The notes: a model not told the origin generated them from the letters alone. A stretch of DNA of 64,000 nt from Candidatus Iainarchaeum sp. (GCA_017610205.1 JAFCCL010000003.1:32001-96000), one strand, 5' to 3'; counted from the first letter of the stretch, positions 48,659 to 58,404 are shown. Numbers and translations: made by a program.

Positions 48659-49811
48659 AAATTTTTCAGTTTCTTTTGGTCAAAAAAATGTTTTGAACCA
48701 GTTGAATTTTTCTGCCGGGTCAGGTGAAAAACTTTCAATTATTGGTCCTAATGGATGTGGTAAATCAACGCTTGCGTTGGCAATTTCCGGGGTAATTCCT
48801 GATTTTATTCAGGCTGATGTTTCTGGAAAAGTTTTTTGTGAAAACAGTGTTATAATAATGCAGAATCCTTCATCACAGTTTTTTGCAATGACTGTGAAAG
48901 AAGAGCTTGGTGAAACTGGAATGGCTTTTGCAAAACGGTTTGGCTTGAATGATTTGTTTGACAGAAATGTCTTTCAATTGAGCGAAGGTGAACGGCAAAA
49001 AGTAAATCTTGTGGCAAATCTTTCTTTGGACCCAGAACTTTTGCTTCTTGACGAACCGCTTGAGCTTCTTGACCCTGTTGAAGCAAACCGGTTTAAGGCT
49101 CTTCTTTCAAAAGTTGAAGGGAAAACAATTGTCTGGTTTGACAAGGAAGATCCAAAAATTTTAAGTGCACGAAAGGTATTTTTGGGAGACTGCAAAAAGC
49201 AAAGGCTTCCTAAAAAAAAAGTCCGCAGATTGCATGGAACAGCACTTAAGGCTGATTTTTTGGTTAAAAAGGAAGATTTTTGCATCAGGGCAGATTTTTC
49301 CATGCAAAATCAGGAAAAGATTGCTTTGATTGGGCGTAATGGATGCGGAAAAACAACAGTATTAAAGACGATTGCAGGAATTGAAAAATTTTCCGGAAAA
49401 GTTTCCTTCAGTGGAAGGCCAAGCTTTGTCCCACAAAACCCTTCGCATCTTTTTTTCAATGAAACAGCTGAAGCAGAACTTGCTGAGCCAGGCAATGCAA
49501 AAAAGCTTGGAATAAGCCATTTGCTAAAACAAAATCCTGCTGCATTAAGCAAGGGCCAGCAGAAGCTTTTGAGTGTTGCAACAATCAAAAGTGAAGAAAG
49601 GGGTCTTGCATTGCTTGATGAGCCAACAACATGGCTTGATCAAAAAAACAAGTCAGCAGTTTACAAATTTATTACTGAAAGCACCCATCCTATGGTTATT
49701 GCAACCCACGACAGGAAGCTTTTGCAGTACTGTGACAGGGTTTTCTTGGTTGAAGGGGGTGAAATGCGCGCATGTTCCAGTACAGCAGCAAATCGCTTTT
49801 TTCAGAAGTGA
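48645..49811 (+). CDS. ECF transporter dual ATPase
   Basis: Two Walker A motifs (GPNGCGKS, GRNGCGKT), QNPS, LDEP twice. Confidence 0.9.
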   Translation: MLNLENFSVSFGQKNVLNQLNFSAGSGEKLSIIGPNGCGKSTLALAISGVIPDFIQADVSGKVFCENSVIIMQNPSSQFFAMTVKEELGETGMAFAKRFGLNDLFDRNVFQLSEGERQKVNLVANLSLDPELLLLDEPLELLDPVEANRFKALLSKVEGKTIVWFDKEDPKILSARKVFLGDCKKQRLPKKKVRRLHGTALKADFLVKKEDFCIRADFSMQNQEKIALIGRNGCGKTTVLKTIAGIEKFSGKVSFSGRPSFVPQNPSHLFFNETAEAELAEPGNAKKLGISHLLKQNPAALSKGQQKLLSVATIKSEERGLALLDEPTTWLDQKNKSAVYKFITESTHPMVIATHDRKLLQYCDRVFLVEGGEMRACSSTAANRFFQK

Positions 49812-50371
49812 AAGAGCAGTATAAGCTTGGTTTTCTTTTTCTTGCCTTTGCAGCGGCGTTTCTATTGCAGGATATTTTTCTTTTGCTTTGCCTTTTTGCA
49901 GTTCTCTTAACACTTCTTGCAGTTGCCGGTTACCGTGGCTTTTTTGGGCTTTTTATTGGACTGCTTCCGTTTCTTGCCCTTGCCGACATTGGTTTTGTAA
50001 TATTTCTATCCAATTCCGGTCTTGACTTACTGCACCTTACAATTAGTTCAAATCTTCGAATACTCTGCCTTTTTACAGCAACTGCCTTTTTTACTTTTTC
50101 AACAGATGTCTTTGCCCTTCACAAGCTTTTCAGCAAAATGCATTTTCCTGAAGAAATTTGCCTTCCTGTATATGTTCTGTTCAGGTTTTTGCCTGAAATA
50201 GAGCACGACCTTGTTGAAATTGCAGGCATTCAAAAGATTAGGGGAATAACCAAAAGAAACCCTGTTCTTTACATAAAATCTGTTATGATTCCGCTTTTGT
50301 TTACTGTCCTGCAAAAATCTGATGACCTTGCAATAGCTTACTATCTCAGAAAAAAAAGGGAAACAAGTTAA
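49772..50371 (+). CDS. ECF transporter T component (EcfT/CbiQ)
   Basis: FRFLP, QKIRG, AYYLR. Confidence 0.85.
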   Translation: MFQYSSKSLFSEVKEQYKLGFLFLAFAAAFLLQDIFLLLCLFAVLLTLLAVAGYRGFFGLFIGLLPFLALADIGFVIFLSNSGLDLLHLTISSNLRILCLFTATAFFTFSTDVFALHKLFSKMHFPEEICLPVYVLFRFLPEIEHDLVEIAGIQKIRGITKRNPVLYIKSVMIPLLFTVLQKSDDLAIAYYLRKKRETS

Positions 50372-50381
50372 TGGAAAAAAG

Positions 50382-51638
50382 CTAGCGCACTATTGTTTCT
50401 TCCCTTCCTGGTCCTATTGAAACAATTTTTGCTTCAATTCCAAGTTCTTTTTCAACAAAGGCAACATAGTCCTGTGCCTCTTTTGGAAGCTGGCCAAAGC
50501 TTGTTGCACTGCTGTCCATTTCAAATCCTGGCATTTCTTTGTAAACTGGTTTGCATTTGGAGAGCTTTTCAAGGTCTGCAGGCAGTTCCTGAATTTTTTC
50601 CCTTTCCCATTTGTATTCTGTGCAAACCATTATTTTTTCAAGTCCTGTTAATACATCAAGCTTTGTTAATGCAATTTCCGTAAATCCGTTAAGCCTGATT
50701 GAAGTTTTCAACAGAACTAAATCAAGCCAGCCTACACGCCTTGGTCGCCCGGTTGTTGTTCCAAATTCTTTTCCTTTTTCCCTAATTTCGTCTCCAAGCT
50801 TTCCTTCAAGTTCTGTTACAAACGGCCCTTCGCCAACCCTTGTTGTATAAGCTTTTACAATCCCAATAATTCTTTCAATTGGCCTTACTCCAATTCCAAC
50901 TCCTGTAAAGATTGCGCCTGCAGTTGGATGAGAGCTTGTAACATAGGGGTAGGTTCCAAAATCGTTGTCCAAAAAAGTTCCCTGCGCCCCTTCAAACAAA
51001 ACATTTTTTCCTTCTTTTAACGCATTGCTTACTTTCAATGAAACGTCTCCGTAATAGCTTGCAAATTCTTTTCCCAAAGCATTGTATTCTGCAAAAATTT
51101 CCTCTTTTGAAGCAGGCATTTCTGCACCGTAAACATTTTTCAAAATCTTTTCCTTTGCCTCAAACCCTGTGCCAATTTTTTCCTTTAATTTTTCTGAGTC
51201 AACGAGTTCGCAAAATCTTATCCCTGTTCTTGAAGCCCTGTCTGCATAACACGGGCCAACTCCCCGTCCTGTTGTTCCAATTTTGCCCTTGCCTTTTGCA
51301 GTTTCTTTTGCATTGTCCAATGCATTGTGCCAGGGCATAATAATTTGCGTTCTTGGGTCAATTACAAGATCAATTTCTTGCTCTAATTGCCCTAATTCTT
51401 TCTTCAAAACGTTTGGGTCCAAAGCAATTCCTGCTGCAACAAGGCATTTCTTTTCCTGAATTGCGCCTGACGGCATTAAATGAAATTTGTATTTCTTGCC
51501 CTGCACTACAACAGTGTGTCCTGCGTTGTTGCCACCGTTAAATCTTACAACCAAATCAGCGTCTTTTGCAAGCAGGTCAACAACCTTGCCTTTTCCTTCA
51601 TCGCCCCACTGGGCTCCAATTACAATTGTAGAAGTCAT
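50382..51638 (-). CDS. purA: Adenylosuccinate synthetase
   Basis: GAQWGDEGKGK, GGNNAGHT, EGAQG, EFGTTTGRPRR. Confidence 0.98.
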   Translation of the reverse strand: MTSTIVIGAQWGDEGKGKVVDLLAKDADLVVRFNGGNNAGHTVVVQGKKYKFHLMPSGAIQEKKCLVAAGIALDPNVLKKELGQLEQEIDLVIDPRTQIIMPWHNALDNAKETAKGKGKIGTTGRGVGPCYADRASRTGIRFCELVDSEKLKEKIGTGFEAKEKILKNVYGAEMPASKEEIFAEYNALGKEFASYYGDVSLKVSNALKEGKNVLFEGAQGTFLDNDFGTYPYVTSSHPTAGAIFTGVGIGVRPIERIIGIVKAYTTRVGEGPFVTELEGKLGDEIREKGKEFGTTTGRPRRVGWLDLVLLKTSIRLNGFTEIALTKLDVLTGLEKIMVCTEYKWEREKIQELPADLEKLSKCKPVYKEMPGFEMDSSATSFGQLPKEAQDYVAFVEKELGIEAKIVSIGPGREETIVR

Positions 51639-51731
51639 AAAATTGCTCTCTTCAAACAAAAAAAAGGCAGAGCATTTTTTAAATTAAACCCAGAAATTCC
51701 CTTTTTAAACCATTCGCCTGATTTAAATTAT

Positions 51732-53192
51732 ATGGTTGGAAAAGACATTTTACATGTTAAAGAGGCGTTGACCTTTGATGACGTTCTACTTGTTCCTGGT
51801 TCAAGCAAAATTTTGCCAAAAGACGTTAATCTAAACACAAGGCTTTCAAAGAAACTAAAAATTAACATTCCTCTGGTTTCTGCTGCAATGGACACTGTTA
51901 CTGAATCGCAGACAGCAATTGCAATTGCAAGAGAGGGTGGAATTGGAATAATTCACAAAAATTTAAACGCAGAACAGCAGTCGGCAGAAGTAAGCAAGGT
52001 TAAAAGAAGCGAATTTTTGATTGTAAGCAATCCACTGTGTGTAAGCCCTGATAACTCCTTACAGCAGGTTTTTGAATTGCAGAAAGCAAAGGGCATTGGA
52101 AGCTTTCCTGTTGTAAAAAACGGAAAGCTTGTTGGAATTTTGACCCAAAGAGACCTTTCCTTTGAATCGGATTTTTCAAAAAAGGTTTTGGAACTTATGA
52201 CAAAAGACGTTGTAAGCATTGACCACAAGCCAAGCATTGATGAAGCAAAGGAAATTTTGCACAAGTACAGGATTGAAAAATTGCCAATAATTGATTCAAG
52301 TGGAAAAATTACCGGAATGCTTACTGCAACAGACATTAGAAAGCAGGAGCTTTATCCAAATGCTGCCAAGGACAAAAAAGGCCAGCTTGTTGTAGGTGCT
52401 GCGGTTGGAGTAAATGACAGGGAAAGAATTGGAAAACTTATTGAAGCAGGGGTTGACACCATAGTTGTTGACACCGCTCACGGCCACAGCAAAGGTGTTG
52501 TTGAAGTAGTTAAACGCTACAAAAAACAATTTGATGTCGAGCTTATTGCGGGAAATGTTGCAACACCAGAAGCAGTACATGACCTTGCATCAGCCGGAGC
52601 AGACGCTGTAAAGGTAGGTGTTGGGCCAGGAGCAATTTGTACTACCAGAATAATAAGTGGTGTTGGCGTTCCGCAATTTACTGCCGTTCTTGAATGCAGT
52701 AAAGCGGCAAAAAAATACAATGTTCCAATTATTGCCGATGGTGGCATTCGCTACAGTGGCGACATTGTTAAAGCCTTGGCTGCAGGGGCTTCAAGCATTA
52801 TGCTTGGCTCGCTGTTTGCAGGCTGTGAGGAAACCCCTGGCAGGACGGTTTTTCTTTACAACAGGAAATTTAAACAGTACAGAGGAATGGGTTCTTTGGG
52901 GGCAATGCAAAAGGGCGGAAAGGAAAGATACTTTCAAGGCGATGTAAGTGATGCAAGCAAGCTTGTGCCTGAGGGTGTTGAAGGAATTGTTCCCTACAAA
53001 GGAATGGTTAGTGAAATGGTTTTCCAATTGCTTGGAGGGCTTCGTTCAGGAATGGGAATGATTGGAGCAAAAGACATTGCTACCTTGAAAAAGAACACTA
53101 AGTGGATTAAAATTACTGCTGCAGGAGTAAAGGAATCACACCCTCACAATATTAATATTACTGAGGAAAGCCCAAATTATTCAGGAAAGTAG
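51732..53192 (+). CDS. guaB: IMP dehydrogenase with CBS pair
   Basis: [34 protein letters not shown]. Confidence 0.98.
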   Translation: MVGKDILHVKEALTFDDVLLVPGSSKILPKDVNLNTRLSKKLKINIPLVSAAMDTVTESQTAIAIAREGGIGIIHKNLNAEQQSAEVSKVKRSEFLIVSNPLCVSPDNSLQQVFELQKAKGIGSFPVVKNGKLVGILTQRDLSFESDFSKKVLELMTKDVVSIDHKPSIDEAKEILHKYRIEKLPIIDSSGKITGMLTATDIRKQELYPNAAKDKKGQLVVGAAVGVNDRERIGKLIEAGVDTIVVDTAHGHSKGVVEVVKRYKKQFDVELIAGNVATPEAVHDLASAGADAVKVGVGPGAICTTRIISGVGVPQFTAVLECSKAAKKYNVPIIADGGIRYSGDIVKALAAGASSIMLGSLFAGCEETPGRTVFLYNRKFKQYRGMGSLGAMQKGGKERYFQGDVSDASKLVPEGVEGIVPYKGMVSEMVFQLLGGLRSGMGMIGAKDIATLKKNTKWIKITAAGVKESHPHNINITEESPNYSGK

Positions 53193-53206
53193 TTATTTTT
53201 TGTTTT

Positions 53207-53887
53207 TTAAGGGGTTAATTCTAACTCGTGGCGCTCAATATACTCTCTTAATTTAGTTTTTACCCTTGATATTCTACTTTTAACTATTGAAACATTCTCG
53301 CCCAAATGTTTGGCTGTTTGTTCTAATGTCCTAGGAGACCTGTCTGAGTATACATAAGATTCTCTAATTTTATAACGGTATGCAAAAGTTTTTTTTGACT
53401 TTTCATCAATTCCGATTTTTTTTAAAATATTCCCAACTACATTAAACACCCCTTGTTCAGGCATTTCAACTTTTGCCCTTTTGTCAACCATTTTGAGAAA
53501 CATTTCAAAAGACCTTGTTTGAGCCAACTTTCTTTCATATTTTTCCTGTCTTAAAATATTACGCATTGCATTTTTTGCTGTTCTCAAAAAATAATGTCTT
53601 GTTTTCCGAACAGACGGCATTCCTGCAGCAGTCATGATGTGTATCACGGCTTCTGAAATCATTTGGTCATGAAGTGAATTTTTTTCACTAGGTTTTTTAT
53701 CCCAGGGTGATGCCTTTTTTACATATGGTTTCTTTCGTGCATACCTTTCTGCCATTTTTTCCAGAATAGGCATGATTGGCTCTACAAATTTAGCATATCT
53801 TCTTTCTCCTTCTGCTTTTGGCATCTGCAGTCTTTTAGCAGTCTTAAATCCCATTACTCTCTTTTCCGGCCTATTTCTTAACACCAT
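53207..53887 (-). CDS. Sigma-70-like protein (divergent sigma2 and sigma4)
   Basis: KFVEPIMPILEKMAERY, YFLRTAKNAMRNILR, RTLEQTAKHLGENVSIVKSRISRVKTKLRE. Confidence 0.7.
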   Translation of the reverse strand: MVLRNRPEKRVMGFKTAKRLQMPKAEGERRYAKFVEPIMPILEKMAERYARKKPYVKKASPWDKKPSEKNSLHDQMISEAVIHIMTAAGMPSVRKTRHYFLRTAKNAMRNILRQEKYERKLAQTRSFEMFLKMVDKRAKVEMPEQGVFNVVGNILKKIGIDEKSKKTFAYRYKIRESYVYSDRSPRTLEQTAKHLGENVSIVKSRISRVKTKLREYIERHELELTP

Positions 53888-53943
53888 AACACAATTAGTT
53901 CACTGCTGATTAATAATCTTTTCTAAATAAATTAGTTTTTGCT

Positions 53944-54643
53944 TTACGCAATCCCTTTCAAGTAAGCAAGCCTTTTTTCTTCTTCAAACCTTTCAATTGC
54001 ATACCTTAGCATAGTGCGTGGCATTTTCTTGTAGTGCTTTTTTCAAAAACTTTTCTTCCACTGCCAAATCCCTTTTTCCAACTTCTCTTAACATCCAGCC
54101 AACTGCTTTGTGAATGAGGTCGTGTTTGTCGTGCAAAAGAATTTCTGAAATTTTTAACGTGTCGTCAAAATCGTTGTTTTTGATAAATGCAAGCGTTGAA
54201 ATTATTGCAATCCTTTTTTTCCAAAGTTTGCTTGATTTGGCAAGCTTGTACAAAACCTGCCTGTTCTTTTTCATTAAATACACTCCCACAATCTTTGGAG
54301 CAGTTAGGTCTACTAAATCCCAGTTGTTTACTCCCTGCAGGTTTTCAAAATAAAAATCAAATACCTTTTTTTTCTCAGCATCGTCTGCTTTTTCAAACTT
54401 TTCTACCAGAATCAGCAATGCTACAAGCCTTTCCTCGTGAATTTTTGAATTCAAAAAAGGCTTTAGTTTTTGCAGTTCAATTTCACTGAATTTTTTTGCA
54501 ACCTTTCTTTGCTCTCCAACACTTGCCCCGATAAAAACGTCGCCTTCACCATACTGTCCCTTTCCTGTTTTGAAAAAACCCTGAAGTATTTTTGCCTTTT
54601 CCGGGTTAGAATGAATTGCAATTTCTTGCTTTAGAGAAATCAT
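53944..54643 (-). pseudogene. AlkD-like DNA alkylation repair protein with a +1 frameshift near the 3' end
   Basis: NNWDLVD, HKAVGWMLRE; conserved tail MPRTMLRYAIE lies in another frame after the T6 run at 54038-54043. Confidence 0.8.
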
Positions 54644-54778
54644 TTAAAAACCAACATTACTTCTTTGCCGCAAGTCCATTCAGAAGCTTTTTTTTTATTT
54701 AAAATAATTAGGCCTGTTTTCCATTAAAAGTTGTTACTTATTCCTTTTTTCCCCTCCGAACTATTATGGGAATTAGTT

Positions 54779-55372
54779 CTATTTTTCTGAAAGCATTTCC
54801 TTCAATTTTTTTCTTGCATTGAAGATAACCCTTTGAGCTGTTCCTGTTGGAACGCCAAAATGTGCAGCGGTTTCCCTGTATTTCTTTGGAGTGTTTCCTC
54901 CAAGGCCTGTGTGGTGGAGAAACATTGCCTTGTCCCTTTGGCTTAAATCAGAAACGTCCACAAGCATTTTTACAACCTTTATTATTTCCTTCTCATTTGA
55001 CCTGCCTAACTTGTTCAAAATATTCTTTGTTCCTGGGTTTCTGTTTGAACTAGTTGTGATATATTCCCTGATGGTTCTTCTGTAGCTTCTTTCAGCTAAG
55101 GCATCGTTTAGCATAGAATGTCTTGCAATAACTATTGCAAAGTTTTGTTTGGGTCTTCCTTTTTGATAATTGCCTGTTCCGGAAACAATTTTTAAGGTGG
55201 CCTTTGCCAAATAATCTTCTGCCAGTTCACGCTTTCCGTTTGCAATCCTTAGAGCCATATGCCCTAACGTTTTCTCAAATGGCTTAACAAATCGGTTGAA
55301 CCTTTCTTCCGCAACATTCTGTTTCTTTGGCCATTTTTTCATCCACGCAGGGTTTGCTTTTTTCTTTGCCAT
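54779..55372 (-). CDS. ECF-type sigma-70-like protein (sigma2 plus sigma4)
   Basis: RFVKPFEKTLGHMALRI..RELAEDYLAKATLK, FAIVIARHSMLND, LSQRDKAMF, YRETAAHFGVPTGTAQRVIFNARKKLKE; TTTAAATA about 20 nt before ATG. Confidence 0.8.
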   Translation of the reverse strand: MAKKKANPAWMKKWPKKQNVAEERFNRFVKPFEKTLGHMALRIANGKRELAEDYLAKATLKIVSGTGNYQKGRPKQNFAIVIARHSMLNDALAERSYRRTIREYITTSSNRNPGTKNILNKLGRSNEKEIIKVVKMLVDVSDLSQRDKAMFLHHTGLGGNTPKKYRETAAHFGVPTGTAQRVIFNARKKLKEMLSEK

Positions 55373-55531
55373 AAAAGAATTTAACATTCAACTATTTAAA
55401 TAAATAGTGCAACAGGATGGTTTTGAATAAATGGATTGCAGTGTAAGATATTCAAACCAGCATTAGTACCAGCTATATACTAATGTTGTTAAATTTTGTT
55501 GTTCTTAAAGTATTCTATTAACTGTAACAGT

Positions 55532-57001
55532 TTAAATTTTTCCCGTTAGCTGGGTGGTGAGGCTGTCGTGCAGTATTTGGTAATATTGTTGGTTGCGGTG
55601 TTTGCTGGTCATGTATAGGGATGCTTGCATGGCATAGCTTTGCATGTGTTTTGTGCTTCTGTTTTGTTGGCTGATTTTGCGTTTTAGGACTTCGTGTCTT
55701 AGGTCTCGTTCTGCTCTGTTGTTTGTGGGGTCAACGTATGGGTATTCGAGGAAGGTGAACCACTTGCCTTGTTGTTTAAGGATGTATTTTTTGAGGCGCA
55801 GGGTGTTTTTTCCAAACCATCTGTTTTGTCGCCTGTTTTTTTCTCCTAATAGGGTTAGGATTTCTGTGTCGTATTTTTGTCTGAGTTCTTTGGAGCAGCC
55901 GATTTCGCGTTTGTCTTTTTTTGCTTGGCTAAAGGGTTGCATGATTTTTTCTACAAGTGTTTCGTAGTCTCTTTTTTCCTTTTTTGTTTTGAAGTAGTGC
56001 TTGGGCTTTTTTGCAAGCCTGGATAGGTGTTCCCAGCACTTTTGCTGTTTTTTGCTGGTTTTATTGTATGCTGCAAGCGCGTCAGAGATTGTAACGCAGT
56101 CTTTGTTGGTTTTTAGGGAGCATGCTGTTTCCGAGTTTCGTTTTTCTGTTATTTGAAAGTAAACTGTTTGTGCTGTGCTTGCAACCCATAGCCAGTTTAG
56201 TTTTCCGTTTTTTTGCCACCCTGTTTCGTCACGATGCACGAACAAGGCCTTTTGTATTTCTTCCTCAAGATTTTTGTAATCTTCTTTTAGGTAGTCTTTG
56301 AGTCGTTGCAGGGTATTGCTTACTGTTGCAGGCGAGATGTCCAAGCTGAAGATGGTTGAGAACAGTTCGCTTATTTTCCTATCAGACATGTTAAAGCCTG
56401 TGAACAGCACTGATATGAGGATTGCTGTATTTAAGTCAAACTTGCTGCCAGGCAAAGCGTCAGGTAGCCTTGGAATAACCTCTTTCTTGCAGTCCAGGCA
56501 GTAGTATGCTCAGATCTTGTTGAGTACGCGTTCAAGTGTTGGGGACTTGATGTGGATTGTCGTGCGAAAATACTTTTTCTTCTTTCTTGTTATCCTTGTT
56601 CCTCCACAGCAAGGGCAACGCTTCATAGTAACGTCTCTCTCCCTATCATGGACTTTTGGCCTGGAGTTGCGCAGGTTCTGTTTAGGTTTTCCCTGTTCTG
56701 GTTTCAACGCTTCCTGCACTTTGTTCCTCAAACCAGGTTTCAAATGGGGTGGGATACTGCCTGAAGGGGTGTTCTCGTTCTGATATTTTCGCAGCTCTCC
56801 TAAAAGCCGCTTATTTTCCTTAAGTAAGAACATAAGCTGATCTTTAAACTCGAAAATAATCTTGTCCTTTTCAGCGATGATTTTTCTTTGTCCAGCAACT
56901 ATCTCTTTTAGTACAGTAACCTGTTCAGCAATCTTCTTTTCCAGTTCTACAGTGTTAGCTTCAAAGCGTTCTGTTATTTTGCGAAGTTTAGCCTTGTTCA
57001 T
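55532..57001 (-). pseudogene. IS66 transposase interrupted by one in-frame TGA at 56510-56512
   Basis: Coiled coil, TPSGSIPP, CPCC..CLDC Zn finger, DETGW, QKCWEHL, PTNNRAERDLR; both ORFs share one frame. Confidence 0.88.
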
Positions 57002-57135
57002 GATATCAACACAACTCTAACTCTCTTACCAATCCACTTCTTTGGCAAGTAAACCCTGCCACTATTACCGCTAGATTGAACGAGCTTCTCAATGACCTCA
57101 TAGCCCTCCAATCGAATCGAAATAGCCTTTTTCAT
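56998..57135 (-). CDS. 45-aa DUF2080-like (AbrB-fold) transposon-associated protein, absent from the ORF track
   Basis: MKKAISIRLEGYEVIEKLVQSSGNSGRVYLPKKWIGKRVRVVLIS; stop overlaps the transposase ATG (ATGA). Confidence 0.8.
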   Translation of the reverse strand: MKKAISIRLEGYEVIEKLVQSSGNSGRVYLPKKWIGKRVRVVLIS

Positions 57136-57332
57136 GTAGCTACAATGTAGCTACATAGATTGGTTAAACATATCTATCAGCCAAAACAACACAAAATGCG
57201 TCAAAAAGAGGATATTTTTAAACTGTTACTATTTTTTGACAAGTTATTTATAAATAAAACAACATATAATTGACAAAAAATAGCTATTTATCGAGTATAT
57301 TTTTGACAATTACTTTATAAATAGAATCTATT

Positions 57333-57518
57333 TTGAATGACAATTTGCATAATCTAAAGGGGTGGGGTGATGAAATTATACCCAAAATCGAACTTGAAAT
57401 CAAAGCCCAGGTGGAAAAGGAGATTTACGAAACTTTTGAAGCAAAACTCAAGATATCTGGCTATAACTCAAAAGCTGAGTGGTTGAGAGAGCAAATAAGG
57501 AATTTCCTTGAAAAATAA
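57333..57518 (+). CDS. Small RHH/CopG-like protein; start uncertain
   Basis: GYNSKAEWLREQIRNFL. Confidence 0.55.
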   Translation: MNDNLHNLKGWGDEIIPKIELEIKAQVEKEIYETFEAKLKISGYNSKAEWLREQIRNFLEK

Positions 57519-57604
57519 TTATGCATACTACCAATGTGATTTACTGCCTTAATTTTAAGGAACTTTTATTAAATTATTTAGCTGTTTTCTAATAGGTGAA
57601 AATT

Positions 57605-57748
57605 ATGGCAGATAATAAATTTTCTGGCCCTGTTGTAATGCAATGTAATGGTCTTGATTGTTCTTTTAGAGGTAAAACAAAACATGTGCCAGTTACTGCA
57701 AATGGTGATTTAAAGTGTCAGTGTACTGAATGCGGCCATATAGAATAA
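57605..57748 (+). CDS. 47-aa Zn-ribbon microprotein, absent from the ORF track
   Basis: MADNKFSGPVVMQCNGLDC...CTECGHIE; AGGTGA SD. Confidence 0.55.
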   Translation: MADNKFSGPVVMQCNGLDCSFRGKTKHVPVTANGDLKCQCTECGHIE

Positions 57749-57843
57749 TAACCAATATTCTTCCTTATTTTTATCTATAAATCCCTTATTTGTCTCCATA
57801 AACCCTCTTAGTCATTGCGCATGATTGCAGGGGGGATGATTCG

Positions 57844-57898
57844 AAAGCCGTCTCGCCCGGCTAGTGCGAGTGCCATCTTCGTTTGGACTCGATGACAC
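57844..57898. repeat. GC-rich structured repeat, short copy
   Basis: AAAGCCGTCTCGCCCGGC...GAGTGCCATCTTC...CTCGATGACAC. Confidence 0.7.
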
Positions 57899-57902
57899 AG
57901 TT

Positions 57903-57986
57903 TGCACGGGAGCGGATTCGAACCGCTGAACGCACTAAGCGACAGGATCTTGAGTCCTGCGGGTTTGACCGCTTCCCTACCCGTGC
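57903..57986 (-). tRNA. tRNA-Leu(CAA)
   Basis: Acceptor stem GCACGGG/CCCGTGC, anticodon arm CAGGA-CTCAAGA-TCCTG, long variable arm, GGTTCGAATCC; CCA not encoded. Confidence 0.95.
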
Positions 57987-58038
57987 ATATAGAAGGAAAA
58001 CAAGTGAAATAATTTAAATTCGTTGGTTGGAGCCTGTT

Positions 58039-58404
58039 TTAGAATTCTAGCTCGTCGCCAATTTTTATGTTTGGAAACTTTCCCTTTGATGCTTTTAAAA
58101 ACAATGCGCCTTTTTGCCCTTCTTCAATTAAATCAGTTTCTTTGTTTTCAATCTGAATGCTTTTAACTTCAAATTTTTGGCCCCTGAATTTTGCTTTGCT
58201 TTTTTTCCTAATGCTTCCTCCAGCTATCCCTTTTACCATTAGGCTGTCGTGCACGTGAAAGATTCCTGTTACAGCAAACCCGTGGCTTGCCGGAACAATT
58301 TCTTCCGTTTCCAATCCCTTTTTTGCCCTGCTTACGTCAGGAATGCATACTCCCAAATCGTGCTTTTTTTTGTCTTTTTGAAAAAGCTCTTGAAAAAGCC
58401 TCAA
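58039..58404 (-). CDS. Stand-alone EF-Tu/EF-1A domain II-like beta-barrel protein
   Basis: FAVTGIF..VKG..VKSIQIENK..EEGQKGALFL..IKIGD. Confidence 0.65.
   Translation of the reverse strand: MRLFQELFQKDKKKHDLGVCIPDVSRAKKGLETEEIVPASHGFAVTGIFHVHDSLMVKGIAGGSIRKKSKAKFRGQKFEVKSIQIENKETDLIEEGQKGALFLKASKGKFPNIKIGDELEF

Larger units (their letters stand above)
55524..57229 (-). mobile_element. IS66-family insertion sequence, single-transposase type
   Basis: Perfect 13-bp terminal inverted repeats GTAACAGTTTAAA (55524-55536 and 57217-57229); no clean 8-bp target duplication. Confidence 0.9.

Noticed and set aside
56510-56512. TGA recoding (Sec/Trp) in the transposase, and TAG readthrough at 2175
   Set aside because: Conserved genes here end normally at TGA (rbcL, nadC, cysS) and TAG (nadE, purH, guaB); single nonsense mutations are simpler
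58039-58404. SelB or selenocysteine machinery next to a long-variable-arm tRNA
   Set aside because: No GTPase domain, and the tRNA anticodon is CAA (Leu)
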